Source of the DNA: Calcarisporiella thermophila CBS 279.70
Taxonomy: Eukaryota > Fungi > Calcarisporiellomycota
Direction of reading: 5' to 3'
Assembly (NCBI RefSeq): GCF_041956535.1
Contig: NW_027192206.1
Location: 333,928-397,927, forward strand
DNA length: 64,000 bases
Part shown: positions 1-15,766 of the stretch, in pieces
Numbering within the stretch: position 1 is the first letter of the stretch
Layout of the letters: every line of letters starts with the position of its first letter
Program-made: the position numbers and the translations under genes
The notes under the pieces: model-generated
What the model saw: only the letters and a program-made list of their open reading frames with translations
The model's database searches: none
What the model was told of the DNA's origin: nothing

Positions 1-1239
1 AGTTTCGTATTTAACTATATTCAACCATATATTAGAGTATTAGATATATGAATAAAAACAAATAAAAAATGAGCCCTAACAAGTTCTTGTCTCTCCTGGA
101 GCAAGGTGCAAGCTAGTAAATATAATCGATGGCGGTGTCGAGAACACGGGAACAGATTTTTCTTCTATATTAAAGAAATTGTATGGAATGAGAAGATCAG
201 AAAATCAAAATGTAAAAATATTATAAGTTGCATCACTACCATCACGACTTCGAGTGCCGCTTGAATAAAAAGAAGTTCCACTAGAAGAAGAAATAAGACT
301 TCCACCTCCATGACCGCCACTTCGGTGGGCTGGCTTATACATAACTTTGGATTTTACTGGCTCGAAATCACTTATTTTAACCAGGTTCTGATCAACAAAA
401 AAGTGGCCTTCAATTTGAGCAAAACTCCATAAAATTGTTTCGGATTTGTGAGCGAGCGATGGTGATGAATTAAATTGTGAAACCAAAGATAATCGTCGAT
501 TAACACGGTCCGATGAATTCCATTCAGTAGAAAGATCATGTTGTTTAATTGCATATAAATCCAATGACGCTCGAGGAGTAGTATCTTCTATATCCATATC
601 AAGCGAGAACGTTTCTGAAAGATCTGTTTTTCGTCCCTGCAGAGATTCTTCGGTGAGATCTGGGGTAGATTCAATGTCGTCCACATCTAATAATAAAAAT
701 TAAGATATATATCTGTACATTTAGGTAAAATTCAAATAAAATTTACTTAAGGAATAAGGGGTAGCATCTATAGGTTCGTTAATCTGTAGAGATCCTGAAG
801 CCATCTGCTCGCTTCCACTAAGGAAGGATAGAGTTGATGAGGCAATTGACGTAAGGGAAGCAGAGCGTCTTATCAGATTGCGAAGGCCACTTGTACTTGA
901 CAATGATTGCTCGAGACTGTTTAGAACAGACGAGTTTGTCTTTGAAACAATAGTAGCATCCTTTCCATTCCTTTGATTCGATTTCGGAGTCTGTCGGATG
1001 AAATCTCGCGGTGGCTCACTGCTTGAACGAGAATGGTTTGCAAAACCGTTGATAAGTGAAGTAATATCCCTTCGACTTAATTGTGAAGAGCTTGGCCGAT
1101 TAACTCTAGCCCGAGGTGATGATGGCGCAGAATTGAAATGTGAAGGGGAAGTGTGGGAGTTGGTGAATGATATAGTGCAGGAAAACTTCTCACCGGCGAA
1201 AAATACACCATTCTGATCCAATGTAACAGAGATATTCAT
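1..1239 (-). CDS. RGP1: Rgp1-family protein (Ric1-Rgp1 Rab6/Ypt6 GEF subunit), 5' part; continues beyond left edge
   Basis: Exons give GVFFAGEKFSCTISFTN, ETILWSFAQIEGHF and VPVFSTPPSIIFTSLHLAPGETRT, motifs typical of the Rgp1 N-terminus; GT-AG introns; ATG at 1239. Confidence 0.85.
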
Positions 1240-2162
1240 GTTTAACAAATGACATAAATGTGTAATGAAAATATATAAAAAAGGTAAATATAAGACGGAT
1301 CGAGAATCTAGAAAAATATTTTCTAATAAAACGTTCCGCTAATCTGGCAACACACTAAATGTAAAATGTAATCCCATATATACTTATTTTATCGCGCTCA
1401 ATATTATTGACTCCACAAACGTAGATATTTCACAAAATTCCGATTTTTTTCGCATCATTAATAACCTTAGCAGACTTAATAACCCATACACGTTGAAATA
1501 GGCAAGAATTTGGATTATTCCCTAACATCGGCTTCAGGATGGTCTTATCTAATGCCCACATCCTTCTCCAAACAAAATTAATTACTATACACCTTCAATA
1601 TACCTGGTTTTTGTTTAAATAAAATGAAAAATATATTTATAAAAATTTAATTGGAGAACAATTATTTAAAATTTTCAAAATATTCAATTTTCAAAAAATT
1701 TTTTTAAATTTAAACTAAAAATTTATTCTAAAATAAAATAATTGTGATATTGGATAAAAATTTCATTATAACTTTTTTTAATCCTATTAGAATAATGTAA
1801 AAACTTTAATACATTATTTAATGCAATATTTTTTCTTGTTCAGCCAAAGTTCATTAGCCAAGAGTTTTTCACATTTTAAAAACACAACATCTATTGGAAA
1901 ATAAAAGATAATGCTAGTAGTATTTTCAGGTTTAAACGTAGGCAAAAACTTTCAATTAAGTAGCAAGTAAAGTTATTTTGTTTCATTTCAACATTTGAGA
2001 GGTTCCGCTGTTCCAATTGTTAATTTTTTCACTCGTTTAGAGTAACTCTCATATAATGAATTCAATACCGAGAAAGATACCAGTGAACTGTAGCTGACAT
2101 TTTAATTATCGTTTATTTAACTCACATAACACGTGAAAAATCAGATATACAGTTTTACGGTC

Positions 2163-2884
2163 TCATAATCCGACCCTTCTCATAGCGATCGCCTCAGCTT
2201 CTTTAAGAATTTTCTCTTCTAACAACAAGCCCTTCTTCACGGTTGGACGCTCTGTGAATACTGCGCCAAATGCACGAGCCTGTTCTTCTGCTACTTTTTG
2301 CTCTGTCTCTTCCATGGCACGAATAGCATAAAATTCGGAGCATGCTTGGGCATATGCCTGTTGTTCTGTTAGCCCCTTGTGGCGCATGAGATGAAGCTGA
2401 TATTGAATTACACTATGTTATGTTTAAAATTAAGATCTGAATCCTCTTTCCTATCTTATATCATAAGATGTACTAACCACTCTCCAGTTATTTCACTAGG
2501 GTGCATACCAGGTGCAAGTAAGCTGCTCCAATCATTGCGATTAGTTCCTTCACCTTCAATCAAGACACGAGGGCGATGAAGTTCAAAGGGATGATCGCGG
2601 AAAAATCGATGTCTGAGACGGTCTTCGGGATATATTATTGGCTGTGGACGTGGTTTTCGTGTACGTAGGTGTTTTTGTTGATGATGTGTTCTGGTTTTAG
2701 TGGTGGGGCCATGTGATTTTCCTTCTCCGAGAAAATCTTGTGCTTGATGTGAAAATACTATACTTGGACCGGGGGGAATAAGGCGCACAGCAGGATACCA
2801 CGCCGGCTGTTCCTTCAAAAGCCCTCCTTTGAGAAGATTTTTAACTTGGTGGTGAATCTGTGATGGTCTTGCTCGATAGGACAT
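2163..2884 (-). CDS. RSM25: Mitochondrial small-subunit ribosomal protein mS23 (Rsm25)
   Basis: PAWYPAVRLIPP and YPEDRLRHRFFRDHPFELHRPRVL motifs, AYAQACSEFYAIR in the last exon; one intron. Confidence 0.9.
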
Positions 2885-3016
2885 CTTTTTCAATTATTGA
2901 AATTATGTTTGAGATTGAAGAGAGTGCTGTGTTGACAGTAATTTATGTGGCGGAGCAATCAATTCAATAATCTAGCGAGAATTTCCAAAATATATTTCTG
3001 AAGATTTCTTGAATAA

Positions 3017-3850
3017 ATGGCGAATAGTGACTCAATTGATTGCCTCCCATACGTAGATCGCGAAATAGATGCTGAAGGTAAATCTCTCTTTTTTATAACC
3101 TTAATCACACATACTTATTTTTATTATTCAAGGGGTTCGCGATCTTGTAGATCAAATAGTTGCACAAGAACTGCAGGCATCAAAACTAGATCGAGCCGAG
3201 TCCCCGAAACCTATAGATCTCTTTCAGGATGATTCTCACTTGCTAATACGAGAAGAAATAGAAAGAGTGAGTGCTGGACTTGCTTTACCTCAGATGGATA
3301 CGACGCGATACCACCTCAATCCTCCTGAAGAAGAGAAGAGTAATGATCTCGATGCATGGCGTCAAGCGATTAACAACGCAAAAGCTCAATTGAAAGCACA
3401 AGAGAGCCGGTAAATACTTTATTATCTTACGTAGCTACAAAACATTAATCTTTATATTCTCTGCTAGACTTTCTAATCTCGAAAATTTGCAAAATAATGG
3501 ATCTGAAGCTTGGTTAGCTTATAATAGTGAGCTTGAGTATACCCTTGCACAAATTCAAAGTGAAGCGAACAATTATCGCCAACGTATCGTAGAACTAAAT
3601 CGACGAAGAAAACTCGAGCAGGTCATAAAAATTTTTATTAATTTTGATGTATGAAATTTTAGTAACACTAACAATTTATTAGGTCCAAGCTGGAAACACT
3701 CTGCGCACACTCCAGTCTAGATGGGCAGAACTTTTGAGACAGACGGTTCAAGTGGAGGTAGCATGTGCCACCTTGAATGCAGAGGTGGCAGACCTACGCC
3801 AAAAAGCATCCAAAAATGATTCTTCTAAAAATATTGGTGCAAATATATAA
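3017..3850 (+). CDS. SPF27: Pre-mRNA splicing factor SPF27/BCAS2 (NineTeen complex)
   Basis: IDCLPYVD start, MDTTRYHL, AWLAYN, LNRRRKLEQ, RWAELL across 4 exons. Confidence 0.9.
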
Positions 3851-4288
3851 ATGTATTGAAAATCCTCATTTTGTAACATCTATAATTCAAGTTTATTATT
3901 AAAAATCAATAAATCTACTCTGGAGAACATATATATGCTTCAATCAAATATTTTAGCAGCTACTACATCGAATGAAATATTTTGTGTAAAGAGTTTGAAA
4001 AAGACTCATTGATTATGCTAATTGCTTCAAATGTCAATATGTATTAGAAAATTGGCCATTCTGTATGATCTTGATTAACATAAATATCATAAATAGATAG
4101 TACATTGCTAATTGTTGTCAGGAAAAATTGAAAACTTTATTCAATTAGATAAGATTTTATCTGATATATAGTATATAAGGGGGTACATTTCCCAAAGTCA
4201 ATACAATATATTACTAAACTTAACGGCGCGTTAAGCATATCTTGCTATATATACACAGAGCATTATTACAAAAATATCTTACGAATAA

Positions 4289-6955
4289 TTATAAGGTTGC
4301 AAATTGTTTGTCAGCATGCTTTCTCCCATCATTAATATACCTTTTACAAACTTCAGTATAATTAAGCATGTGAATCTTGGGCACTTCACAACTCAACTTC
4401 TTTTGGCGAAAGAATTCTACATAAACTGCCGTGCTCCCTTGCTTTTTGCCCATCGTATTCAACAACTCTTTTTCTCGAAGCGAAATTGATGCCCCAAATA
4501 TGGGATCCGGCTCTTCATTGGAAAATTGATTTGATTCACCTCTTTTTACGAAATCCTGAGCTTGTCTGAGTTCCTGTAGGGTGTGCTCTATTTGGACCAG
4601 AAGCACGTTCTTAAAACTATACCGGCCATTACCGAGTGGTCTCGAATCATCATTTTTCAATGCATTGAGTTCGTGTCTTGCCTCTTTCACTCTCCCGAGA
4701 TACATAAGCATACGAGCGCGCTCAAATCGCGTAAAGTATAAGATATAGTGATCAAGTGCGATTTTAGCATTATGTTTAAGCACATTATCAAAGCAGGACG
4801 ACGCTAGACTTGAAAAATCTTCATAGGGGGGCGTAGATTTGCCGTTTTCACGAAAAGCAAGCTTGCACGCAATAATACCTTTGAGCATGTAACCAAGGCA
4901 GTAATCATCCCAGTAGTTGGCATACGTTTTTGTCTCATCCTCGGAAGTAAGGCTCTGATGTGAATCTGTGGCTGCTATTGGTACCGCTCCAGGGGGAGGA
5001 AGATTTTCCGCCTGTTGTTTACGTTTCTTGCCTAAGCAAGGTTCAATGACAACAGTTGGTATTACATTCTGGGCAAGGAGGTCTTCGAGCTTATTTAATT
5101 CTTCTGCGACTGCATCCAGGCAATCATGTAGCTGATCTATGTCCATGATATCGTATGCGTTCCAGATATACATGATTTCAAACATTGGGAGAAATAGTCG
5201 GTTCCCTTGAGCGAAAAACTTACGCGCTTTCCTCGCTACAAATTTCTAAATATTCCGTTAGATATTACAAGCATTGTGTGTTAATTAATTGTTATTCTCA
5301 CCTCGATCGGCAAGCAGATTTTCCCCATGTGAGTAACTAAGTGATTTACTTCTGACATAGTCTCAATCGTCTCATCTTGATCTACTTTGGTTCCAAGCGT
5401 GTACATTACGGCTGCCTTGTGGTAGCTGTATGTAGCTTTAGACCACATGCTCTCCATCGCAAGGAAATTTATCCACTTGAATGCTTTCTTCCAATCAAGT
5501 AGCATAGAGTAGCATAAGAATAGATCCCAGTATGAAACGTGGTGTAGTTGCTTCCATTCTTGATGAGTACGGGTTGCGAACTCGAAGATGCGGATTGCCG
5601 TAGGAATGTCATGAGTCAGCATATGTAGCTTCCCTTGGCAATAAAGGAACAAAACGCTGTGCTCATACCGCAACAGGAGAGAGCTGACGACTTTGACAGC
5701 GGTATTAAGGTTAAAGCTAGGGTTAAATACGAAGCTGCTGACGATGATATGATATATCACGACAAAACCCTCAATAATAGGGCGTCTCACACCAGCCCGT
5801 CCGCGAGATACTCCCCGTTCAAGAAGTGAGAGTTTGAAACCCTGTCGCCATCCACACGAAGCTTCAAGGAGTTTAAGGCCATACCCAAGATTACCTTTAA
5901 ACCCAACAAGCTTTACAAGAACTCCGAAAAATGGGTAGATTAAATTTATGTACGACAAACATATTATGATAATTGCCCATCCCAACGTGACACCAGAGTA
6001 AAAGTCATCGTCTATATTATAGCGCGAAATATCCTCTCCGTTATCAGCTTCGGCTTCAACGGCTTCCACGAATTTACTCATTGCGTTGTAGAGTACTTGG
6101 GAGCGTTTTACATATAACGCCGACCTTATTAGGGTCTGGATATCGTCTTCTTGAAGCCAGATAAGAGCACACAAGAATAGGTGTGCTTCTGCGGTTATGA
6201 GCTCCTAATATTTATATGAGCGAATAAAATTGTGCAAAATCAGATTGGATGTAAACTTGTAGCCTTACCGCATGTCGCTGGCACATTGTCATTTTCTTGA
6301 ATGATCTAACGGATGGGCCACCTAGAACGATGTCTTCTATTAAATTCTTGCTAGATTTTCGAAGATTAGATGCGAGCGCGATTGAGCATCGAAATGCCTC
6401 TATAGCTCTATCGATATCATCCGGTTGGAATGTAATTAAAGCACGAAACGCTAGAAGGAGTGCATAGCCATGTGTAGAGTACGGATATTTTTTATAGTTC
6501 TTCAGCAAAAGTGCTTCTGCGTCATTCATACGAGAATTAATAAATTTATCGAGCGCAAGTCTTGCTTGATCAAGATCTAATTTAAGGTGATGTTCGTCGA
6601 CATTTGTAACTCGCACACTGCTGTCACGATAACTAGATCGCCTTGATGTAGTAACACTTGACATCATTGATAACGAAAGTCTTTTCCATGACATAAGATT
6701 GGGAAGAGAACGGGAGCGTATTGTTCGCTCTGCAATTGAAAAGCGAGCTGAGAGATTTGATATAGCTCCGGTCGATAATGGACGCGCACGTGGGCGAGAG
6801 CGTGGTGTTTTTCGTTGTGCTGCAGTATTTGACTGTTGACTTCCCGTCAACTCATCACTAAAGGCCGTTAACGCATCTCTGGAATCATTTGGCGCATCAG
6901 TGATGTGGGAGTCTGAGGACATGAAGCTTCCAGACCACCTCTTTAGAGCTTTCAT
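4289..6955 (-). CDS. IML2/TTC39-family TPR protein (DUF3808)
   Basis: ESMWSKATYSY, LPIE|KFVARKARKF, WKQLHHVSYWD, HYILYFTRFERA, GRYSFKN motifs; 2 coding introns. Confidence 0.85.
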
Positions 6956-7616
6956 TTCTAGGATTAGGAAATATGAATATTAGTACTAAAATTTGCATTT
7001 TACGAAGAGAGACTTACTGGAGGATTTGGTGTGCTAGAGCAATTATTTATAATAAAAGGGTAAGATTGTTGTTATCCTAATTATTTTGAAGGAGAGTTTA
7101 TATAGCCCATCCAATTTCCAGGTTTGCCACTCAATTAATCACAGGCGCACATACCCCCGCAATATTTGTTATAAAAAATTTTTACCCGGTGTCCGTCGAT
7201 CGTTTAACTGTTCTTGAATTAGGTTAGGTTATTAATTTTAAATAGCTTAATTAACATAAAAATATTATTGTTCCCTAGGGACGCTTGTATCGCATCTTCG
7301 CTAATATTAATTCAAATTCTCATTTAAGAAACATAAAGTACAGGAAAACTAGTTTCCAAAAATTACTTAATTTTGAAAAAATAAGCTGTATGTCAGTAGG
7401 TTGAACCAGGAGACAACAATAATTAGATATACGATTTATAAAATGAAAGCTTTCGAATATCTCTGCTATCCGCCAGCCAAAAATTTCTCAATTTTATTAT
7501 TATACCGTTTTCCTAAAAAGGGTGATCTGAATTTCTCAAGAATAGACTCTACACTATTTAATAAATTATTTAGCTAAACAGTAACCAGAAATTGATCTAG
7601 CAAACTTTTTATCATC

Positions 7617-8863
7617 ATGACCAGACATAGTAAAAATAATACAGCGAGTCCGGTTTTTACGTATGCTGAATCTAATAGGCTTGAATATGGCACAAAAAAA
7701 GTAATTATCAAATATATTATTGCAAATCTCTTATTTACTGACTAGATCGTTTTGACTACAGCAACGTTTGGGGAGAGAATCGTTAAGAAATTTTGATGCA
7801 TGTTTTCTTTGCTTGCAGCGTGCAAGAGATCCAGTGTGTTGTACTGAGGGCCACCTTGCATGCAGAGAATGTGCTTATGAAAATATTCTAGCACAAAAGA
7901 AAGCAATAACTCGACAACAGAAGCTTGCAGAGCAACAGCGACTAGAACAAGAAGAAGAAACCCGAAAGAAGGAAGAAGCTGCAAAAGAGGCCCTAATCCG
8001 AGATTTGGAAAAGCAATCACGACTTCCAACCGGAGGTAAAAGAGACTCAGTGAATACCACCTCCTCATTCACTGAAAACGACAACGTCAAAGAAGATGCT
8101 TTGAAATCGCCCAATATAAACCATGCTGGTAAAATATCCACTCATTTTTTTTTTACCCAAGTCCATTAATTATTTGGTTTTACTAGATTCCTTGATAGCA
8201 GCCGGCTCTAAACGTAAATTTCAGCTTAGTGAGGATCAACTCGCTTCAAATTCTCAGAAAGACCTCGAGAAATATCTGCAAAGAATAGGGAACAAGGAAA
8301 AAGAATCTGAAACAAAAGGAAACGCACTACCGAGTTTTTGGATTCCCTCACTAACTCCCTCCGAAAAACCTGAGATGATTAAAGTGACTAAATTGCAGCC
8401 TATATGTGGTGGATCTGAGAAAGAACATACGTTTACGTATGTATTATTTAGCCATATCTGCTATTGAATTCTATTCAAGAACTGATTTTTCTGTTTACTT
8501 AGACTTAAATCACTGATAAATGTAAACTGGACCAAAGAAAAAGGAAAAGATGAATATTTTTGCCCTGCATGCTCAAAATCCTTCAGCAATTCGATGAAAA
8601 TTGCAAGTAAGTAAAGGGCCGAATAACCATTTTTATACACACTAATTATAATTTTTTTACTTGATGATTAAGTACTAAGAAACTGTGGTCATGTTTTATG
8701 CCGGGGATGTGTAGAGCAGTTTGTTCGACCATCAAAGCAGTGTTATGTGTGCAATGCAGCACTGAAAGAGAAAGATATCATTAATATGTCGGGAGAAGGC
8801 ACAGGTTATGCTGGGAGTGGCGGGAAAGTTCTTGCAACTAAATATGATGTTGCTTTTCAATAA
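7617..8863 (+). CDS. NOSIP: Nitric oxide synthase-interacting protein (RING/U-box)
   Basis: MTRHSKNNTAS start, FDACFLCLQ, LPSFWIPSLTP, C-terminal RING (CPAC...CGHVLC..C...CYVC), EGTGYAGSG. Confidence 0.92.
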
Positions 8864-9050
8864 ACACATTATATTATTAATAAATATATGTTTCCTTTGT
8901 TATAATAGTACAATTCCCCCATTCCAATATAATCCCAGTTTAATTACAAAGTCAAATCTTAACACTTGACATTGAAAGCATAATTTGTGACGGCAAAATT
9001 CAACTGTGTGATTTCTGCTTTTTAACAGCGAATTTTTGTGTCGAAAAAAA

Positions 9051-9703
9051 ATGAACAGCCTAGCTACATCAGAGAATTCTGATGCCACAATTGAAATAGT
9101 TCATAACGATTCTCTTCATCCTTCTTCTATCTCTTCTGATGTAACATTACCACTATCGCCTCCTGGTTCGCCACTTTCAGATCTCAAAGCAAAGTTTGTC
9201 CGATTTCACAATCTTACTCTCCAGGGTCTCCGCTTTAATGATCGACTTGTGCGCAATAAATCATTTAGAAATCCTCATATTTATGCGAAGCTAGTAGAAT
9301 ACGTAGATGAACTTGGAAGCAATTTTCCACCAGATATATTCGATCCACATGGTTTCCCTCAAGAGGCATTTGCAGAAAATATCGGTTTGTATATAGCATA
9401 TTTACCCAATTTAATGATTGGTAAATAAATCTTGGTGCTATCTAGCTACTGCTCAGAAAAAGAAGGCAGAAGAACGAGCACTTGCTCAATCACAACACCG
9501 TTCGCACATAGACTTCGTAAGCATGAAACCAGAGGCTAAAGACAGTTCAAATATAGCCGAGAAATCGGGTAAATACTTTGCAGCACATTAATGTATTTAA
9601 GAAACGTGTATTTAACTCACTCATTACAATTACTATAGCAGGTGCTAAAAAGCGCCTTTCAAAATGGGATGTACCTGCTCAGGCAAAGCGACAGCAACAG
9701 TAA
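9051..9703 (+). CDS. HCNGP/SAP30-binding protein-like
   Basis: FNDRLVRNKSFRNPHIYAKLVEYVDELGSNFP core and C-terminal KRLSKWD. Confidence 0.85.
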
Positions 9704-9889
9704 AAGTTGGAAGAAGAATTTGTATGAACTGGATTTAGATGTATGATAGCAAATCGAGAAAATTATTTTTTACATTAATAAACCTATTATTAATCTTGTG
9801 AACACTTTCTTGCCCGCACAGAGATCTTTGATCTCAACTAAAGATTATTTCCATCATAATCCTGACTTGTTCAATTAAAATTTGAGGCA

Positions 9890-12073
9890 ATGGAAACGGT
9901 ACAATTTGGTTTAAAATTGTATTATATATATGCTAAATTTAGTCGCATTCTTTTAGGCTGTCCGCAAGGCCACAAGAAGTTCCTCCACTGAAGCGCCCAA
10001 AGCGAAACACCTAAGAGGTAGATTGCTAAAATTTCATAGCATTTTTCTCTAAAATTTATGTTAACCAATCATTTTGAACAGTGTTAATTGACTACTCTTC
10101 AAGAGCTGACATAACATCTTTGGATGATATGTTTCATATCATCTATGGTAGATTGCATGAGTCGAATTGGGCTGTAAGTTATTTTTTAATATTTCACATC
10201 GGTAAAATGCACCATTAATAATTCAATTCATTTAGATTGTATTTAAAGCACTCATTACCATCCACATTTTGATGCGTGACGAGACATGTGGAGAAAATAT
10301 CTTAAGGTATCTCGCGGCCCGGCCTGCCATATTCAACGTGTCAGATTTTAAAGACAAATCTGGCAGCCACGGTAATTCCTTAGAATTATCCTACGATTCC
10401 CTCGAAACATAATTTATTGCTATTTACTTTAGGTGAACAGGCGAAAAATATTCATGCATATGCTGCTTATTTAGAGGAAAAAACTGCAACATTTGCTGAT
10501 CTTAAGGTGGATATTATTCGTACAAGAACACGAGGATCATCTAGTACTCTCCGAAAGGTCCCTCTTTCTGAAGGGCTCTTAACCAAGGTCAGAGTATTAC
10601 AACGGCAGCTGAATAGCTTGCTCTCATGTAAGGTAATACGGATGAGTAAATGGATATTTCGCAAAGCTCAGTATATTTACGAATCTTCTAAACAGTTTTT
10701 TATCGATGATGTGGACAATGTGATAACACTAGAAGCTTTTAGACTCTTAATTCACGATCTTTTGAGTCTATTTCAAGTGGTTAATGAAGGGATCATTAAT
10801 ATGCTTGGTAACTTTTTAAAACTATGTGTGTATAAACCATATTGCTCTAATTTTTATATATATTACCCAGAGCACTATTTTGAAATGAAAAAAGCGGACG
10901 CCCAATCCGCGTTAAAGATTTATAAGGAGTTTACAGCTCAAACAGAAAAAGTTGTTGATTATCTTGGAGTAGCTAAGCGACTTCAGGGGTCGTTAAGGCT
11001 AACAATTCCAACATTGAAGCATGTATGATCTTAGCACATCATATTAACCTATTTTTTGCATTTTTCATCTAATTTTATTTTTCGTAAATTATTCAATTTT
11101 CAAAACCTAGGCTCCAGTGAGTCTTGCTACAGTGTTAGAGCAATATATCAACAGCCCTGATTTTGAAGAGAACCGGGAAGCATACAGGAGCGGCCAGATA
11201 GCCAGCAAAGAGAAAAAAACAAACGAGTTCCAAAAAACCTCAGCAACGGTATCTTCCGGTAATCCTGCAAGTAAATATCTATACCAATACATAGAAAATT
11301 ATAAGTATATAATACTCAAGTTTGTTCAAGCAGAAGCCAACACCTCCAACTCTTCAAAGCCTGAAGCCCAAAAAGAAATTGATATGATTGATTTCTTCGG
11401 AAGTCTTGAACAAGAGCAAACAGTCGTTTTCGAAACCCCGCCTTCCGCAGGCCTTAATACAGTTCAGCCTTTAGCAAATCTCAACAGCTACGGAATGGCT
11501 AATTTTCCACTAGGAAGTTCAGCACCTATTACCACAACACCTCAGCAAAACTCAACACCTGATTCCAATCCTTTTCGACTGGCATTGAACCAGTCTGCGT
11601 CGATGGTTTCCACTACGACCGCGGGAACTAACCCTTTTCGGTGTTCACTCCTACCAAATTCAAGTTCAAATCCTTTCGCCTCTCCGCAACAGCTGCACCC
11701 TCAACCACAGCCTTTAATTCAGCAACAGCAAACGCAATTTTCATGGCAAACGCAGCAGCCTACTACCAACACATCTATTTCGCAATCCGGAGCGTTTTCT
11801 TCATGGCGACCGACTGACGCGCAGTTACCAATGCAACAGCTGCAGAATCCTACCGATAGGAATCCATTTCGAGACTTTTCGAACCCCACAGGAGCTACAT
11901 CCACAACGAGCTCAATCCAAAACAACCCCTTCAGCCTTGGAGAAAAGGCACCTCAAAATGCGCTCTTTCCATTACAATCGCAGCAACTTCAATACCAAAC
12001 ACAACAGCAACAACTCCAGTCGAAGTCACCATTTAATTCACAGGCTTTTCCTAACAGCGGATCTATTTTCTGA
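9890..12073 (+). CDS. ANTH-domain clathrin adaptor (AP180/Yap1801-like)
   Basis: AVRKAT...APKAKH, IVFKALITIHILMR, VNEGIINMLEHYFEM, PTLKHAPVSL; tail with multiple NPF motifs. Confidence 0.9.
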
Positions 12074-12286
12074 TTTTTTTTTAATTTGTGTCGACAGGTA
12101 TTATATCATTCCCATTCTTGACGCTATGTTTAAAGGGAATAAAGCCATTCTGGTGTTGTAACATTTGTTACCAGCCATTTTATTTAATTTTATAAATACG
12201 ATTATACAAATCTATCTGTATTATTCACACATAAGCTTCCGCTATTGGAGAAATTCAAACAGAAGGATTTCAAAACGTTTGGCTGT

Positions 12287-13779
<1,493 letters not shown>

Positions 13780-15211
13780 AGTGCTAGATGATTACTGGAG
13801 GAAAAAAAAACAGATGGCTATTATTGGATGATTGAAAATGGGGATTTTCTAATGAGGAATGTTCTCGTTAGGGTGAACAACCTGTAAAGAGAAAAAAAAA
13901 AATATTAGACCAAAACAAATTTTATTTATAGGGAAGATTAGTGAGGCGCAGCATCTTGGTTGACTACTCAGTTCGATATCACAAAAAGTTCCATATTATG
14001 ATAATATACTTTAATTAAATATTGGTTAAAAACCCATAGCCTAATGAAAATATGAAAAAAAACATACATTAATGTTGGTACGCAGAGTATCCCGACCTAT
14101 AATTCTCACCAATGTCCACCACAATTGATGCATAATATGCAAAGCCGTTATACCTGTTGTGCCCTGATTTGCACATATAAATTATTAACCCATTCATCGA
14201 TAATGTACGCGAAATTACAAATATACAGAATAGGCAACAACTAGAAGAAATGATTAACTTGAAACTGCCTTAAAGCAATTTCTATATATATTGAACTATA
14301 TTTCTTCTCTGCGATGTCAGGGGGCGATGTTTTACATCCCGACTTTTATTTTATTTTATTTCAGGTAGTAATAGGTTATGTGAATTTTCAGACTCTACTG
14401 CTGCGTTTTCGAGTTGAGCTTTCATTTTCTCAAAAATTCCATGAGACACGATGATGATTAAAAATAAAGATGAAATAACATGGCGTCAAGAGGGTATTTC
14501 TGTAGGGTTAACCTGTTTTATATGTGTAGAATGGAGCCAATAAGATAATACAAAAAACGTCCTAGCACTGGCACTGTTAGCCCTAGTCGCACTTTAAAGG
14601 GTCATGATCGAGCGACACCATGCTCAGGCTTTCATGCATAATAGGTTGGTAGCAGCAGCAACTCTATTACTTATTGTACATATAGTCGCAGGTAACACTC
14701 CACCGTTATTGAACATTGAGACGCATTTAACGTATTGCTCAATGGCAATGAAATGCTTTTCTCAAGCTAGACACATTAGGCATATATACAGACGTTTTTT
14801 AAAAAGATGAAGTATTCTCAAGTTGATATATATCCGAACTCTGCATCTGCATAGTTCGAATTACAACATGACTTATTATAAAGGATTTGGGTTTTCATTT
14901 TTAGTGTAATAAGAGGAGGGCTTTTAGCTTTTCGAAGAGAAAACCAGTGACGGAAGCCCTTTCTTCTTAGAAGGACTCTTCGCCATAGGGGAAAGTACAT
15001 AGAGAGAATTGTCTGAAGAATTTATAGACGAGTTTGTCACATGTATAGGGTCATTGTCCTACAAATAAATTGGCGACGTATTATTCAAAGCGGGGAGCCA
15101 ATATTCTGGCTTGGGTTTAGCGGAGTCGAAGACGAAATGAGGATGGATCCCTGCAAAGCGAGCTCTAGCAAATGCTCGATGATGTTGTTGGCAAATCGTG
15201 GTAGAATTCAC

Positions 15212-15219
15212 CGTGGGAA
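15212..15219 (+). promoter_or_regulatory. CSL-binding consensus CGTGGGAA
   Basis: Exact YGTGRGAA match about 810 bp upstream of the CSL ATG. Confidence 0.35.
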
Positions 15220-15758
15220 CCCTGAATTTGGCTCTTTAGTAAAGTCAAGATATAGGATAAATGGAGATGGCCTCTCCAATGGGGATTTATTCTAGTGCAG
15301 TCATCGTCTTTCCCTGAAGAGTATAGTCGGATGTGGTCCATGCAATGGAGACGAAGCTTCTCAAGGGACTCCAGGCGGAAGTTCAACAGGGTTTTCAGAG
15401 CTTGCGGGTTTCTCCCACGGCACTAAGAGTTAAGGCTCTTATCTGCGTGGTGGCTCAGCCCTTGGAGCACTCCAGGATTACGCTGGGGCTCAGCGCTCGG
15501 TGGTGGTCCCCTCTTGCCTGCAGGGCTTACTCCGCGCCTCGGCGACGGCGTGCTTATATAATGTCAGCCGAATAGGTCGGTGAGTTTCCATACGATGAGC
15601 ACAAAATGTCAGCTGCCTCATTTGTGAGATGCGATTATCAGCATCGATAAATTTCAGCTTGCGCAACATTTTCACATGCACATGTTTCCATTCTCTTGGA
15701 CCAAGTTTATCACTGCGTCTAATCGATAGCACATGACTAGGTAAAAATTTTTGTTTTT

Positions 15759-15766
15759 CGTGAGAA
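15759..15766 (+). promoter_or_regulatory. CSL-binding consensus CGTGAGAA
   Basis: Exact YGTGRGAA match about 260 bp upstream of the CSL ATG. Confidence 0.4.
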
